Source of the DNA: a virus
Taxonomy: Duplodnaviria; Caudoviricetes
Virus record (IMG/VR): IMGVR_UViG_2706796489_000001
Location: 17,542-81,541 of that record
Reading direction: 5' to 3' (one strand)
Length of the DNA stretch: 64,000 bases
In this document: piece after piece, positions 37,602 through 46,164 of the stretch
Layout of the letters: the number at the start of each line of letters is the position of its first letter
Numbering within the stretch: position 1 is the first letter of the stretch
Notes under the pieces: model-generated
What the model was told of the DNA's origin: nothing
What the model saw: only the letters and a program-made list of their open reading frames with translations
The model's database searches: none
Program-made: the position numbers and the translations under genes

Positions 37602-38309
37602 TTACTCGTCGCCGCCTTCGTCCTGAGTCATCTCGCCCACCAACTCCCAGGTCATGATGCCCCAGGTGTTGTTGTTCTTGTTGCTCTTGGCTTCGAAGGA
37701 AACGACCACTTCAACGCACTTGCCCAGCAGGCCGGCGTTCTGCACCGCCTTGTAGAAGCTTTCCCACGCCGACCAGTTCGTGGTCGAGGTGGAATAGCCA
37801 GCGCGCTGACCGGCCTTGGCCAGCTCGACGCCCTTGGGCGACTTGATGTCTTCCAGCAGCACCATCGGCACATCGACCGAACGGTACGGACGGGCCTTCG
37901 GGTCCAGCGCCACGGCCTTCTGGATGGCCTCGTTCCACGGCACGCCCTTGTCGGACATGGCGCCGTCGTAGGTGGACCAGTATTGCGCGGGGTTGCCGGC
38001 CTTGATGGATTGCTTGCACGAGAAGCCCACGCCGTCGGTCATGTCGATGTAGGCCTTGAAGCTGGAAACCAGCTCTTGGGTCTGACCGACCAGCAGGCCG
38101 AACTCCTTGCACTTGACCCAGACATCGACGGTCATGCCGCCAGCCATCAGGGTTTCCATCGACATCTTCTGGCCAGTGGTGGCCACCGCGCCGCCCGAGG
38201 GTTGGGTCGTGGCTACCGCCGTGTTGGCCGGCGCTTGCTGGGCGACTTGTGCGGCTGCACCAGCGGCGTTCTGCGCGGCTTGAATGGCGGCTTGGATAGG
38301 ATCACTCAT
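37602..38309 (-). CDS. Single-stranded DNA-binding protein (putative)
   Basis: Position in replication module, aromatic-rich OB-like core, acidic tail QDEGGDE, strong SD. Confidence 0.65.
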   Translation of the reverse strand: MSDPIQAAIQAAQNAAGAAAQVAQQAPANTAVATTQPSGGAVATTGQKMSMETLMAGGMTVDVWVKCKEFGLLVGQTQELVSSFKAYIDMTDGVGFSCKQSIKAGNPAQYWSTYDGAMSDKGVPWNEAIQKAVALDPKARPYRSVDVPMVLLEDIKSPKGVELAKAGQRAGYSTSTTNWSAWESFYKAVQNAGLLGKCVEVVVSFEAKSNKNNNTWGIMTWELVGEMTQDEGGDE

Positions 38310-38344
38310 TTTAATGCTCCAGGGTATGTTTCAGTTTCGATATG

Positions 38345-38379
38345 TCTCACCAACTTGGTGAGATGGCAAGATCATACCA
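38345..38379 (-). promoter_or_regulatory. Extended -10 promoter (TGGTATGAT) with downstream 19-bp palindrome TCTCACCAA-C-TTGGTGAGA
   Basis: Intergenic, upstream of SSB; perfect palindrome 38345-38363. Confidence 0.5.
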
Positions 38380-38408
38380 TGGTTGTTAAAGGATGGAAGA
38401 TCCATTTA

Positions 38409-38807
38409 TCAGATAAATGTGAAGTTCTCGTCCTCCGGTTTGTGTGCTGCATTAGTCGAGTCAACCAGTTTGTTGAACTGGTCAACAGGTATGTCCCAGT
38501 GCTGGTGAGCATCAACATCCACCATCACGTCATGCTCGGTGCCGCACGGCGTGTCGTAGGTGATGAACACGAGATGCCCCATGATCATGATGGCCTGGGG
38601 ACCAACAGGTTGGGTGTCCAGTTCCACGATGTCACGAGCGGCTTCGAATACCGGGAAGTGCTTGCCCAACAGATCGTTGATGGCCTCGTGGTTGTCGCAG
38701 ACCACCTCTTCCAAGATGATCTCCAGCTCAACCTTCTTGGCCTTCGGGTCGTCCTTCCAGGTGTGTAGCTTGACCAGGTAGGCGAAGGGAACTTTTCCTG
38801 TGACCAT
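38409..38807 (-). CDS. Hypothetical protein
   Basis: SD GGAGG; acidic. Confidence 0.7.
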   Translation of the reverse strand: MVTGKVPFAYLVKLHTWKDDPKAKKVELEIILEEVVCDNHEAINDLLGKHFPVFEAARDIVELDTQPVGPQAIMIMGHLVFITYDTPCGTEHDVMVDVDAHQHWDIPVDQFNKLVDSTNAAHKPEDENFTFI

Positions 38808-38816
38808 GATGGCCTC

Positions 38817-39953
38817 CTATTGCATGCGCTTCTGGATGTCGCCCAGGGACCACTTGTCCGGGAAGTTCTTGGTCATGTAGACCGAGATCTCGCAAGCCGC
38901 GTTGTAGACCCAGCGAGGCACCTGAACGGGAGAGCCGAGGATCGCAAGATCCACCATGTCGGTGTTCAACTGGAAGGCATTGGCCCAGGCCACGATCTGT
39001 TTGGCGTGAGCGAGCTTGCCTTCGATGCCGCCGTAAGAGGTGTGGTAGTCGTCGCCCAAGACCTCTTGGCCATACGCCATGTCGGGCTTGGCCGGCGCTT
39101 CAACGAAGCAGTCGATCAACTCGCCACTGGGGCTGCGGCGTTCACGCACGCGCCACCCGAGGTTCGCACCGACCACCGAGGGTGGCGTGGCGTAGTGCGG
39201 GATGCTTTCCCACTTTTCGCGGTTGAACGGCATGTCTTCCAGGTCTTCCATCGCCAGATGAACCTTCCCGGATTCTCGGTGCGTGTGCTTCCAGATGACG
39301 GACGACAAGGGGGAGGGTTCAGGCGTCTGGTCCGCCTTGTTCCGCAGCCAGTAGATGGCATTGTCCAGGCTCATCGTGTCAAAGCCCGGGATGTTGCAGA
39401 AGCTGATAGCACGTCGGGCTTTCTCCAGATCGTGCTTGTAGCCGATGTTCACCCAGCCTTGCCGTTCCATCTCATCCTGGTCGGCGTCGGCGCTGGCCAG
39501 CGGGGTGGTGTAGAGCGTGCGCACCTCTTTTCCGTTCTCGTCGCAGTTGGCGAGCGCCTGAGCGTCGATGTCTTCCCAGGTGCCGTTGGAATGGAACACC
39601 TGATGCACCGGAGTTGCCATGGGGATACGTTGGTTGGCAAGCCACTGGGCTGCAACCTTCTCCGCTTCCTCTTTGCTGGCCAGCCCTCTCGCAATCTGAA
39701 AGACACGCCGGCCTTTGCACCCCCAACGGTTCACGTCCTCGAAAACATCGGTGCCATCAATCCGCACGCACCAGCCGCTGCCGATGGTGTCGCAGACATA
39801 CACCCCCTCAACCCAATCCAGGTCGGGGCGCACGCCATCATGGCGCTTGACGGCCTTCGTGGTGGCGCGCGCCGCTTTCCAGGCAGCGAAGGGAGTGACC
39901 ACGCTCGCGGTCTTCTCCCAGGCTTGGAACTCTTCCAGTTCTTTGTCGATCAT
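38817..39953 (-). CDS. Hypothetical mosaic protein
   Basis: 378 aa, coupled to helicase stop. Confidence 0.65.
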   Translation of the reverse strand: MIDKELEEFQAWEKTASVVTPFAAWKAARATTKAVKRHDGVRPDLDWVEGVYVCDTIGSGWCVRIDGTDVFEDVNRWGCKGRRVFQIARGLASKEEAEKVAAQWLANQRIPMATPVHQVFHSNGTWEDIDAQALANCDENGKEVRTLYTTPLASADADQDEMERQGWVNIGYKHDLEKARRAISFCNIPGFDTMSLDNAIYWLRNKADQTPEPSPLSSVIWKHTHRESGKVHLAMEDLEDMPFNREKWESIPHYATPPSVVGANLGWRVRERRSPSGELIDCFVEAPAKPDMAYGQEVLGDDYHTSYGGIEGKLAHAKQIVAWANAFQLNTDMVDLAILGSPVQVPRWVYNAACEISVYMTKNFPDKWSLGDIQKRMQ

Positions 39954-41401
39954 GATGCCTCCATAAACACCGCCATGCTGGCCTTGCGGTCAGCGATCTT
40001 GTTCACGTCGTAGATGCCGCCTTCAATGGCCTCTTCGTCCAGGTTCTGCTGCGACAGCTTGTAGATCTCCTTCGTAGGATCAACCAGGTGGGATTCACGA
40101 GACTTCATCTCGATGATCTTCATGATGCGCTGGTCAATCGAGTCGCGGTATTCCAGCACGTAGATCAGCAGCGGCGTCTCGCGCTTGCCGCGAATGCCCC
40201 GGCGATACGCCTGCATGAAGGAGTCGTCTTGGTAATCTAGCGAAGCGAACACCATAACCCTCAGATGGTTCCAGTTGAACCCGATGCCGGCCGTGGCGGG
40301 CGAGGCCACCACGCAGTCGAGCAAGCCGGCCTGGAACTGTGCGTCGATCTCGGCGCGGCGCGCGGCCGACACCGTACCGTTGATCAGACCCGTGCGCAGG
40401 CCAAGCGACTTGGCCAGCTCCACGATGCGCAGTTGCTCGGGGATGAGTGAGGCGAAGACCGCAATGGGTTCGCCCGACTGCACGGCGTTGCCCAGGTGGA
40501 TCTTCAGGCGCTCATCCTTGCCCGTCGTGCCGACCTTCAGGCCGAACGTCTCGGGATGAGCCATGAGCTGGCGGCAACGAATCGCCGACGTGCCGGGAGA
40601 TCCAGCCGACAAGAACGAATCTTCCAGCTCGACCAGTGCGTCGGCTTCCATCGAGTCGTAGACCTTGCGCTGCGCGGGACTCATGTCGCACAGCTCGGGG
40701 ATGATGACTTTCGACTCCGGCCCGTGGACCTCTTCGAAGGTGTGGCGCACGGCCACGTTCATGAAGATCTGGCGCAGCTTCTCGTGGTTGCGCCACCCAG
40801 TGATCTTGCCACCATCGTCGCGCACGGCGTGGTAGCCCAGGAACGCGCCGTAGGTGCCGTAGAAGCGCGGCTCGATGATGTTCAAGGCCGGGTAGGCCGA
40901 GGTCAGCCGGCCCTTGATGATGGTGCCAGTCATGCCGAGGAAGGTGTCAACTTCCTTCATCGAGTCATAGAGCGCCTGGGTGCGGCCGGAGTCATGACCC
41001 GCGTAGCCCAGGTGCATCTCGTCCACCGTCAAGTGGCCGATCTGCGGGTGATGGTGAAGGATGTTCTCCCAGTCCGAGGACCAGCGGTCAAAGCCCATCA
41101 GCAAGACCTTCGGCTCGCGGCGCAGCAGCATCTGTTCACGTTGTGCCGGCGTGCCGTCGAGGATCAAGACCTCTTCGTCGCGGAAGTGGCTGAATTCCAG
41201 CAAGTCAACCTTGTTCTTGCGCAGGAGCGACTTGGGCATGGCCCACACCGACTTGGTGTTCTTCTCGCTGGCCAGATACCACGAGTACATCGCGGCGCTG
41301 CCGGTCTTCTGCGCGCCAGGGTCCGACAGGTTCAGGCAGCGGCGCGTCTGAATATAGAAGGCCAGGTCAACGATCTGGTGCGGGCGGGGAGTCTTCTTCA
41401 T
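39950..41401 (-). CDS. SNF2-like superfamily 2 helicase
   Basis: PRPHQ Q-motif, DPGAQKT, VDEMH, MTGT, GIGFNW, QAYRRGIR. Confidence 0.9.
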   Translation of the reverse strand: MKKTPRPHQIVDLAFYIQTRRCLNLSDPGAQKTGSAAMYSWYLASEKNTKSVWAMPKSLLRKNKVDLLEFSHFRDEEVLILDGTPAQREQMLLRREPKVLLMGFDRWSSDWENILHHHPQIGHLTVDEMHLGYAGHDSGRTQALYDSMKEVDTFLGMTGTIIKGRLTSAYPALNIIEPRFYGTYGAFLGYHAVRDDGGKITGWRNHEKLRQIFMNVAVRHTFEEVHGPESKVIIPELCDMSPAQRKVYDSMEADALVELEDSFLSAGSPGTSAIRCRQLMAHPETFGLKVGTTGKDERLKIHLGNAVQSGEPIAVFASLIPEQLRIVELAKSLGLRTGLINGTVSAARRAEIDAQFQAGLLDCVVASPATAGIGFNWNHLRVMVFASLDYQDDSFMQAYRRGIRGKRETPLLIYVLEYRDSIDQRIMKIIEMKSRESHLVDPTKEIYKLSQQNLDEEAIEGGIYDVNKIADRKASMAVFMEAS

Positions 41402-41404
41402 GGC

Positions 41405-42109
41405 TTACCTCTTGGGCGGCAACGGACCCAGCGGGTCATCGTCGCGGCGCATGTGACGTTTGAGCACCATCATGCCCAGGTTCTCCAGGGGCATCTGGTG
41501 CAACAGGTCGAAGTCTTCGACCGTCAACGTGGTTTGGATCTTTTCAACCGGCTCGTTGATGACGAGCAGCGACGAGCCGGTCAAGATGATGTTTCGCCGG
41601 CTGTTGTAGCTCAGGGTCTTCAGCTCTTCCAGCAGGCCGGAGTGCTTGTAGGTGAGCTGGGTCATGACCAGCGGTTGTACGTTCGTGCGGCCCAGCTCGG
41701 TCACGAGCTGCGAGAGCGACGGCGCGGTCCACACGGGGCGCACGATCGGCTCCAGCGGGCTGGACAAACGGGACAGGGTGTACAGAGGCCGCAGAAGCTC
41801 GTTGGCGGCGTCTTCGATGAAGTACACCCCTGGGGTATAGGCAGGCTTCGGAAGCGGCAGCATGGCCCGCACAAGGGGGTCAGCGGCCAGGCGTCGGAAG
41901 GCCTCCCAGTGACGCGGGTCCGGCACCTGGGCGCTCACCGGGAAGAGGTGGTTGCAGGGGAACCGCGTCACGGGCCGGACGTTGAAAGGGGAGGGCGCTT
42001 TCATCGACAGAAAGTTGGTCGCCCCGCGCCCCTGGTGCAGGTAGGCCACGCCTTCCTCGCTCCAGTGGACGCCGTAGTGGCTGACATCAGTGATGATTTT
42101 TTCGGTCAT
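41405..42109 (-). CDS. Hypothetical protein
   Basis: Operon coupling. Confidence 0.65.
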   Translation of the reverse strand: MTEKIITDVSHYGVHWSEEGVAYLHQGRGATNFLSMKAPSPFNVRPVTRFPCNHLFPVSAQVPDPRHWEAFRRLAADPLVRAMLPLPKPAYTPGVYFIEDAANELLRPLYTLSRLSSPLEPIVRPVWTAPSLSQLVTELGRTNVQPLVMTQLTYKHSGLLEELKTLSYNSRRNIILTGSSLLVINEPVEKIQTTLTVEDFDLLHQMPLENLGMMVLKRHMRRDDDPLGPLPPKR

Positions 42110-42507
42110 AGTGCTACCAGCTCGGCAATACCCTTGTTGGTGTAGGTTGAGATGTCCAACAGATCGTTCAAGGTCACGTTGAACACCCCCTTCTCGATGG
42201 CCGCGAGCTTATGCGTCGTCCAGCCGATCTTCAGGGCTGCTTCTTGGCGGGTTTGTCGGATCTCCATTGAACGGGAGAAGGCCAGCCGCTCCCCCAGTTT
42301 TTCATGAGTTCGACTGAGGGTTTTATTCATGTTGTCTGAGGAAGCGGTGGATGAACGGTGGGTCGCCTTGACCCCCTTAGCCGCGAGGATCTTCCTGACC
42401 AATGCTTCTGAGATCTGGAAAGACCTGGCGACTGCGGGGCCAGATTGACCATCAAGGTAGCTTTGAACTACCTGTTGGTCGCGCTCATCCTTCGTCATGC
42501 CGATCAA
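42106..42507 (-). CDS. HTH transcriptional regulator (N-terminal HTH plus XRE-like domain)
   Basis: SGPAVARSFQISEALVRKIL and TRQEAALKIGWTTHKLAAIEKG. Confidence 0.75.
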   Translation of the reverse strand: MIGMTKDERDQQVVQSYLDGQSGPAVARSFQISEALVRKILAAKGVKATHRSSTASSDNMNKTLSRTHEKLGERLAFSRSMEIRQTRQEAALKIGWTTHKLAAIEKGVFNVTLNDLLDISTYTNKGIAELVAL

Positions 42508-42737
42508 CCGATCTTGCGATACGGGTAGTTGTGCGGGTTGTTCTTGATGTTGGCGGCAAACGCCGAACCCACCGAGGACGACTTGACGAAAACGGCATCG
42601 ACCACTTGGTCCGGCACGTCGCTGTATTCGTAGATGCCACCACGGTTGAACTTGACGGTCAAGACCCGGGCCTCGGCGTTGTAGTGGTAGCCAGAGATCT
42701 GCGACGATTCCACGGCGGTGAAGTTGATGTTCGACAT
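42504..42737 (-). CDS. KTSC domain protein
   Basis: VESSQI..Y.Y...LTVKF.RGG.YEY.DVP......SVGS.F. Confidence 0.9.
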   Translation of the reverse strand: MSNINFTAVESSQISGYHYNAEARVLTVKFNRGGIYEYSDVPDQVVDAVFVKSSSVGSAFAANIKNNPHNYPYRKIG

Positions 42738-42768
42738 CTTGATTCCTTACTGGAAAGCTTGAGGGGTA

Positions 42769-42797
42769 AAAAAGCGGGGCCGGCGGCCCCGCTTTTT
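42769..42797. terminator. Bidirectional intrinsic terminator
   Basis: AAAAAGCGGGGCC-GGC-GGCCCCGCTTTTT. Confidence 0.85.
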
Positions 42798-42816
42798 CAT
42801 CAGGCGCAGCGCGCCG

Positions 42817-43251
42817 TCAGAGGGGAGAGCACGGGTCGGCCAGGTGCCAGTTCGTGGGCCACGCCACGCGCTTCAGCGGGCCAGGGCGCTTGTCTCGCAT
42901 CAGCACCTTGGCCCACGGCCGCACGTCACGGCGCCAGAGCAGTTGCATCACGGCCGTGGCCACGCGGGCCATGCGGCGCATCGGCGCGCTGGCCAGCAGG
43001 AACAGAGCCAGCAGGCCCAGGCCGGCGAGCAGCAGGGCGATGGCGGGTGCAGCTTGGGCTTGCGCGAGGACTTGATCGACGTAGCTGGCCGGCGCGGACG
43101 AGACCGCAGCGGCCGGTTCGGCGTAGGCGTGGAGGGAGGCGTAGGTGCTGGTTTGCACGATGTCGATGGCTTGTGCCTGGCCGGCAAAGCAAGCTGCCAG
43201 GCCCATGACGGCCCCGACGATGGCGATACGGATGGATCTCATATAGAACAA
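42817..43251 (-). CDS. Membrane/secreted hypothetical protein
   Basis: Signal peptide with LAAC lipobox-like motif and AQA; second TM; SD AAGGAG. Confidence 0.65.
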   Translation of the reverse strand: MFYMRSIRIAIVGAVMGLAACFAGQAQAIDIVQTSTYASLHAYAEPAAAVSSAPASYVDQVLAQAQAAPAIALLLAGLGLLALFLLASAPMRRMARVATAVMQLLWRRDVRPWAKVLMRDKRPGPLKRVAWPTNWHLADPCSPL

Positions 43252-43293
43252 CTCCTTGTGGTTTACCAGTGGTCCGACTGGCGGCGGAAAAGG

Positions 43294-43381
43294 TGGTACA
43301 GGTGGCGGGTATCGAACCTAAACACTCGTCAGTGCGCGCCTTCCGGTTAAGAACCGGGTGCTCTCCTTGAGCTACACCTGT
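43294..43381 (-). tRNA. Atypical tRNA-Lys(CUU) with 16-nt insertion in the T-stem
   Basis: Acceptor ACAGGTG/CACCTGT+A+CCA; D-arm GCTC/GAGC; anticodon loop TT-CTT-AA; T-loop TTCGATA. Confidence 0.7.
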
Positions 43382-43779
43382 TCGGACGTTTCATCTGGGT
43401 TGCCTTTGAGCGCGAACATGATGGCTCGCACCAGGTTGAAGCCAGCGTCACCCGTGGGGTCTTGACTGAAGTCGAACAAGGCATCATCCACGGCCTTGAT
43501 GTTCTGGATGTGCTCGACTTCAGCTTGGGGGATCTCGTGCGGGGTGTTGTAGAGCACGGGCGGCGCTGTCGGGGCGGTGTAGCCCAGCGCGGCCAGGCGC
43601 TCTTGGATACCAGGGAAGGGCTTGCCGGAATGCGAGACGCCCAGGAAGAGGAAGTTCAGGCGCGCTTCCTTGTCCTTGATGACCGAGGTGGGAAGCTTCA
43701 CCCATCCCGTCACGCGAACGGCGGGGCCGTATTGGTCCATCTGGACAGCGCGGGTTTGCAGGTGTTCACCGGATCGCAT
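43372..43779 (-). CDS. Hypothetical protein (stop codon lies inside the tRNA)
   Basis: SD AAGGA; codon usage. Confidence 0.6.
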   Translation of the reverse strand: MRSGEHLQTRAVQMDQYGPAVRVTGWVKLPTSVIKDKEARLNFLFLGVSHSGKPFPGIQERLAALGYTAPTAPPVLYNTPHEIPQAEVEHIQNIKAVDDALFDFSQDPTGDAGFNLVRAIMFALKGNPDETSEQV

Positions 43780-43806
43780 AATGATTCCTTGTTGGAAGAT
43801 TGAAGG

Positions 43807-44088
43807 TTACTTCTTCTTGCCCGAAATGACCAGGGTTCGTTTCAAATTCTTGACGACCCGTTCCTGCGCCGGGGTGAGCGTGCCGCTGGCCAGCAGGTTG
43901 TTGGCGGCGGTGTACCACGTCTGCCGGTCCACGGTCACAGGCTCACGCGGGTCGTCAGGATCGAACGCGGCCTGGACGGTGTTGACCTTGCGCAGCACCG
44001 CCGCCGTCTTGGCCAGCGTATCGACGGCTTCCTTGGTCGAGTACAGGCGCTCGCGGGGAGCTTCATCGTAGGGTTGATCTTGGTTCAC
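43807..44088 (-). CDS. Hypothetical protein
   Basis: GTGA overlap with upstream stop. Confidence 0.55.
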   Translation of the reverse strand: MNQDQPYDEAPRERLYSTKEAVDTLAKTAAVLRKVNTVQAAFDPDDPREPVTVDRQTWYTAANNLLASGTLTPAQERVVKNLKRTLVISGKKK

Positions 44089-44459
44089 AGCTTGATGTCC
44101 ATGTACATGGACGCGCTCGCACGCGCCCGGTGTTTGATGTTGTTCTCGTCGCCACGTTGGAAGATGCCAACCAGCTCCGGGATCTCGGGGTGCGTGGAGA
44201 AGTAGCAGTTCTCCGGCACGAATGGCTTCAGGCGCTCGTTGATGTCTTCGAAGATCGCCTGTCCATGCGCGCACCAGAACGGATGATTCTCGTCATGCAG
44301 CGCTTCACGCAGGCCTTTCGGAATCCATTCTTCCTTCAGGCGGTTGATCTGTTCGATGTCCACGCGGGACAGAACCAAGATCGCTGCATCAACCAGCTTG
44401 CACAGCGACTTGTTCTCCGCGATGTACACCGGACGTTGCTCCGGCAACTCGTAGGCCAT
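44085..44459 (-). CDS. Hypothetical protein
   Basis: SD GAGG; operon spacing. Confidence 0.65.
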   Translation of the reverse strand: MAYELPEQRPVYIAENKSLCKLVDAAILVLSRVDIEQINRLKEEWIPKGLREALHDENHPFWCAHGQAIFEDINERLKPFVPENCYFSTHPEIPELVGIFQRGDENNIKHRARASASMYMDIKL

Positions 44460-44461
44460 GA

Positions 44462-44653
44462 CTACCTCGTCTCGACTTTCGCGCCCTTGGGCAGCGCATA
44501 CAGGGGCGTGATCATGAAGTCCTTGACCGCGCCGGCTTTCTTGAACACGGTCATGGTCTCCTTCCAGGAATCAAGCACCTTCTGGCACTTGAAGAAGCGC
44601 TGGCGCACGCCGCCCCTCGGGTACGTGACCAGCATGACTGCTGCATTACTCAT
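44462..44653 (-). CDS. Hypothetical protein
   Basis: Operon spacing. Confidence 0.55.
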   Translation of the reverse strand: MSNAAVMLVTYPRGGVRQRFFKCQKVLDSWKETMTVFKKAGAVKDFMITPLYALPKGAKVETR

Positions 44654-45212
44654 TGCACAGGTATCCTTTCCCCATCTTGTGGAGTGTTTTGATGACCAAC
44701 TCGCGGTTGAAGTCGATCATGTAGACGTGGTTCAAGACCTCATCCAACGTCGAAGGTCCGCCGACCATGAAGATCTGATCAAGCAGATCCTCGCAGTCGC
44801 GGCGAAGCAATTCTTCTTCATCGGGTGGAGCCTCGTCCTTCTTGTCCTTCTTCGGCCGGCTAGCCGATTGACCTTGCATCACGCACTCCCAGTGCTCGGG
44901 GTTGCAGCACAGGGTGTTGTCGCAGGTGTTGACCAGGCGCCATGGCAGCGGCAACTCAGCCACAGCCGGCACAAGGAACTCGTACACAATGCGGTTCACG
45001 CGCAGGTACTTGCCCTTGTCCATGATCTCGCCATACGGCTTGTCAATCGAGGTGTACATCGACACCGGCATGCCGTAGACGAACTTGTGGCGGATGCGAG
45101 TGCTGGCCGTTGTCTTCTTGCCCGTCCATGGCCAGCACTTGTCCTTCTCCCCGTAGTTCTCGATACGAGGGAGAAGGCGGTCCATCAACAGCTTCAGTTC
45201 GTCGCGGGTCAT
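44646..45212 (-). CDS. His-Cys-box/HNH endonuclease-like protein, catalytic His apparently replaced
   Basis: CWPWTG...YG...NRIVYE...NTCDNTLCCNPEHW. Confidence 0.7.
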   Translation of the reverse strand: MTRDELKLLMDRLLPRIENYGEKDKCWPWTGKKTTASTRIRHKFVYGMPVSMYTSIDKPYGEIMDKGKYLRVNRIVYEFLVPAVAELPLPWRLVNTCDNTLCCNPEHWECVMQGQSASRPKKDKKDEAPPDEEELLRRDCEDLLDQIFMVGGPSTLDEVLNHVYMIDFNRELVIKTLHKMGKGYLCNE

Positions 45213-45214
45213 GG

Positions 45215-45385
45215 TCACTCCAGCGCTTCGAAGTCCGCGAACGGCACGAACGCATTGAGCGTGGGTGCCTCGCAGTTGCTGCACTCCAGCGTGAGGTCGA
45301 GCTTGCCTTCCGGCATGAACTCCCCCACGTCCAGGATCAGGGGCGCGCCGCAGTGAGCGCAAGGGATCGTTGTGGTCGAGGCCAT
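45215..45385 (-). CDS. Small zinc-ribbon protein (56 aa, not in ORF track)
   Basis: MASTTTIPCAHCGAP...ECSNCEAP...; SD GGAGG. Confidence 0.65.
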   Translation of the reverse strand: MASTTTIPCAHCGAPLILDVGEFMPEGKLDLTLECSNCEAPTLNAFVPFADFEALE

Positions 45386-45388
45386 GGT

Positions 45389-45550
45389 TCAACCCTCCAT
45401 GTTCACGTCGCGCACGACGTAGCCGGCCTTGGTTGCAATCCGGGATGCCTGGTCACGGTTGGCGGCGTAGACCGTAATCTGGCGTTCCGGGCCTTCCACG
45501 CCCACCTGGTAGACGTGGCCCTTCGGGGTAGCGATTCCGAGGGTGGTCAT
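45389..45550 (-). CDS. Small hypothetical protein (53 aa, not in ORF track)
   Basis: MTTLGIATPKGHVYQVGVEG...; fills the gap exactly. Confidence 0.6.
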   Translation of the reverse strand: MTTLGIATPKGHVYQVGVEGPERQITVYAANRDQASRIATKAGYVVRDVNMEG

Positions 45551-45552
45551 GG

Positions 45553-45783
45553 TCACAGGTGAACCAGCAGGTTGTCGAAGAATTCCTGCGGCTCACGGGT
45601 GCAGTTGCCACCCGTGTAAGCGCGGATGTGCCGGGTCGTCGTGCTGCTGTACTTGGCCTCGGTCTGCACGTAGCCACGGCCCGGGATGAACGCGGCGACC
45701 GGCGTCTCGTAGGAGAACAGCACCTCGGTGCCGTCCTTCAGGATGATCGTGGTCGAGTTGGTGGTGTTGATCTTCAGCTTCAT
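45553..45783 (-). CDS. Hypothetical phage protein
   Basis: LFSYETPVAA...YSSTTTRHI motif. Confidence 0.75.
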   Translation of the reverse strand: MKLKINTTNSTTIILKDGTEVLFSYETPVAAFIPGRGYVQTEAKYSSTTTRHIRAYTGGNCTREPQEFFDNLLVHL

Positions 45784-46154
45784 GATGATCCGTTTCCTTT
45801 GTTGTCGTAGTAGGCGCGAAGCGCGGCCTGGAGTCCTTCCTTCAGCACCTGGAGACGCGAGCCTGGGCGGCGGTGGTCGTCGATGACTTCTCTCAGTGCC
45901 TTCACCATCGCCGCCGTCACCTGGATCTCGACCGCTTCGCTCGGAGGCGGCGGCTCTTGATACTCAGGTGCGCGCAGCGTCTCGGTCAGCTTGCCGTCTT
46001 TGAAGAAGCAAACTTCACCCCAGCGGTAGATGCGCAGCCAGGCCATCTGTGCGCCGGCCCGCCGCCAATCGGTGCCGGCGTATTCCATGTGGCCATTCTG
46101 GACGATGTGATAGACCGAGGGTCCGGTTTGGACCGCGATCATCATGTCCAGCAT
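45780..46154 (-). CDS. Hypothetical protein
   Basis: MLDMMIAVQ start; coupled. Confidence 0.6.
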   Translation of the reverse strand: MLDMMIAVQTGPSVYHIVQNGHMEYAGTDWRRAGAQMAWLRIYRWGEVCFFKDGKLTETLRAPEYQEPPPPSEAVEIQVTAAMVKALREVIDDHRRPGSRLQVLKEGLQAALRAYYDNKGNGSS

Positions 46155-46164
46155 GGTGTAGCGC

